Below are positions 62,855 to 64,000 of a DNA stretch of 64,000 nucleotides, piece after piece. The stretch comes from Squalus acanthias (lineage: Eukaryota). The position numbers and the translations under genes are program-made. The DNA lies in assembly GCA_030390025.1 (NCBI GenBank), contig CM059432.1, positions 141,176,001-141,240,000 of the forward strand. Direction: 5' to 3'. Under the pieces are notes generated by a model. That model searched no databases. It had not been told where the DNA came from and was given only the letters and a program-made list of their open reading frames with translations. Positions within the stretch are counted from its first letter, which is position 1. Each line of letters begins with the position of its first letter.

Positions 62855-63822
62855 AAAAACTTGCATTTATATAATGCCTTTCACCACCTCAGGACGTCCC
62901 AAAGCGCTTTATAGAATCATAGAAAGGTTACAGTACAGAAGGAGGCCATTCGGCCCGTCAAGCCTGTGCCAGCTCTCTGCAAGAGCACTTCAGCTAGTCC
63001 CACTTACAGCCAATGAAGTATTTTTTTGAAGTGCAGTCTCCGCTGTTATGTAGGAAACGAGGCAGCCAATGTGCACACAGCAAGATCCCACAAAACAGCA
63101 ATGAGATAAATGACCAGATATTCTGGATTTTGTTTTTAAGTGAGGTTGGTTGAGGGATAAATGTTGGCCAGCACAGCGGGGAGAACTCCCCTGCTATTCT
63201 TCAAAATGGTGCCATGGGATCTTTTACATCCACCTGAGAGGGTAGACAGCCTCAGATTAAGTGCTCAGTCTCTGGAGTGGGACCAGAACCCATGATCTTC
63301 AGACTCAGAGGAGAGAGCACTACCCACTGAGCCATGGGTGACACTTTGGCCCCGATATTTACGGGGAGGCAGGGAGGGTGCGGGGGGGGAGTCCGGAAAC
63401 GGACGACAAAACCCAGCAAGGCCCGGGACACAGAGGTCCTGGCGCACTTTTGAAGTGTAGTCACTGTTGTACTGTAGGGAAACGCAACAGCCAATTTGTG
63501 CACAGCAAGCTCCCACAAACAGCAATGAGATAAATGACCAGGTAATCTGTTTGAATTATATTGGTCGAGGGATAAATATTGGCCAGAACACCAGAAGAAC
63601 TCCCCTAGTGTCATGGGATCTTTTATATCCATCAGGGACGGCAGACAGGGCTTCGGTTTAATGTCTCGACCAAAAGACGGCACCTCCGACAGTGCAGCAC
63701 TCCCTCAGCGCTGCACGGATGTGTCAGCCTGGATCATGTGCTCAAGTCTCTGGAGTGGGACTTGAATCCATGACCTTTTGACTCAGAGGTGAGAGTGCAA
63801 CCCACTGAGCCAAAGCTGGCAA
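62855..63822 (-). mobile_element. Two tandem DeuSINE copies (about 62855-63343 with a CR1 tail inserted; 63445-63822)
   Basis: Both carry head and Deu core. Confidence 0.85.
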
Positions 63823-64000
63823 CTTATGACATATAATAGATTAGAGGGGCAACAACAGGGCCGACCAAGAGTAATTGGACTGGAACAGATGTTTACATAA
63901 TTGCGTCTTGTAGTTGCAGAGAGCTGTTAAAGGCCTGAGGGCACCGACAAACAAGCTATTACCTCTTTATTGCCCCAGTGCACTTCAATAAAGCAGAGTC

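Overview
Eukaryotic, repeat-rich vertebrate DNA. The SINE/LINE content (SacSINE1-like DeuSINEs, HE1-like V-SINEs, CR1, L2, RTE, Penelope-like ends) points to a cartilaginous fish, probably a shark. The window holds the 3' part of a FACIT collagen gene on the minus strand, which I identify as col14a1. I could place 14 GT-AG exons with consistent reading phase (61277 down to 9596: end of TSPN/NC3, COL2, NC2, COL1, CxxxxC) plus two alternative NC1 exons (8592-8623 and 7321-7619) and a probable 3' UTR ending near 6515. The rest is intron filled with nested retroposons, MITE-like DNA elements, two solo LTRs and a 16-bp minisatellite. Most notable: an extra 54-nt Gly-X-Y exon behind a 68-nt intron (candidate cassette or mutually exclusive exon), a three-way NC1 splice system, minimal hammerhead ribozyme motifs in Penelope-like ends, and several inverted duplications. 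Most ORFs in the supplied track are decayed LINE fragments or noise. Comparisons with human/chicken proteins and repeat families are from memory, not from searches; repeat boundaries without a TSD are approximate.
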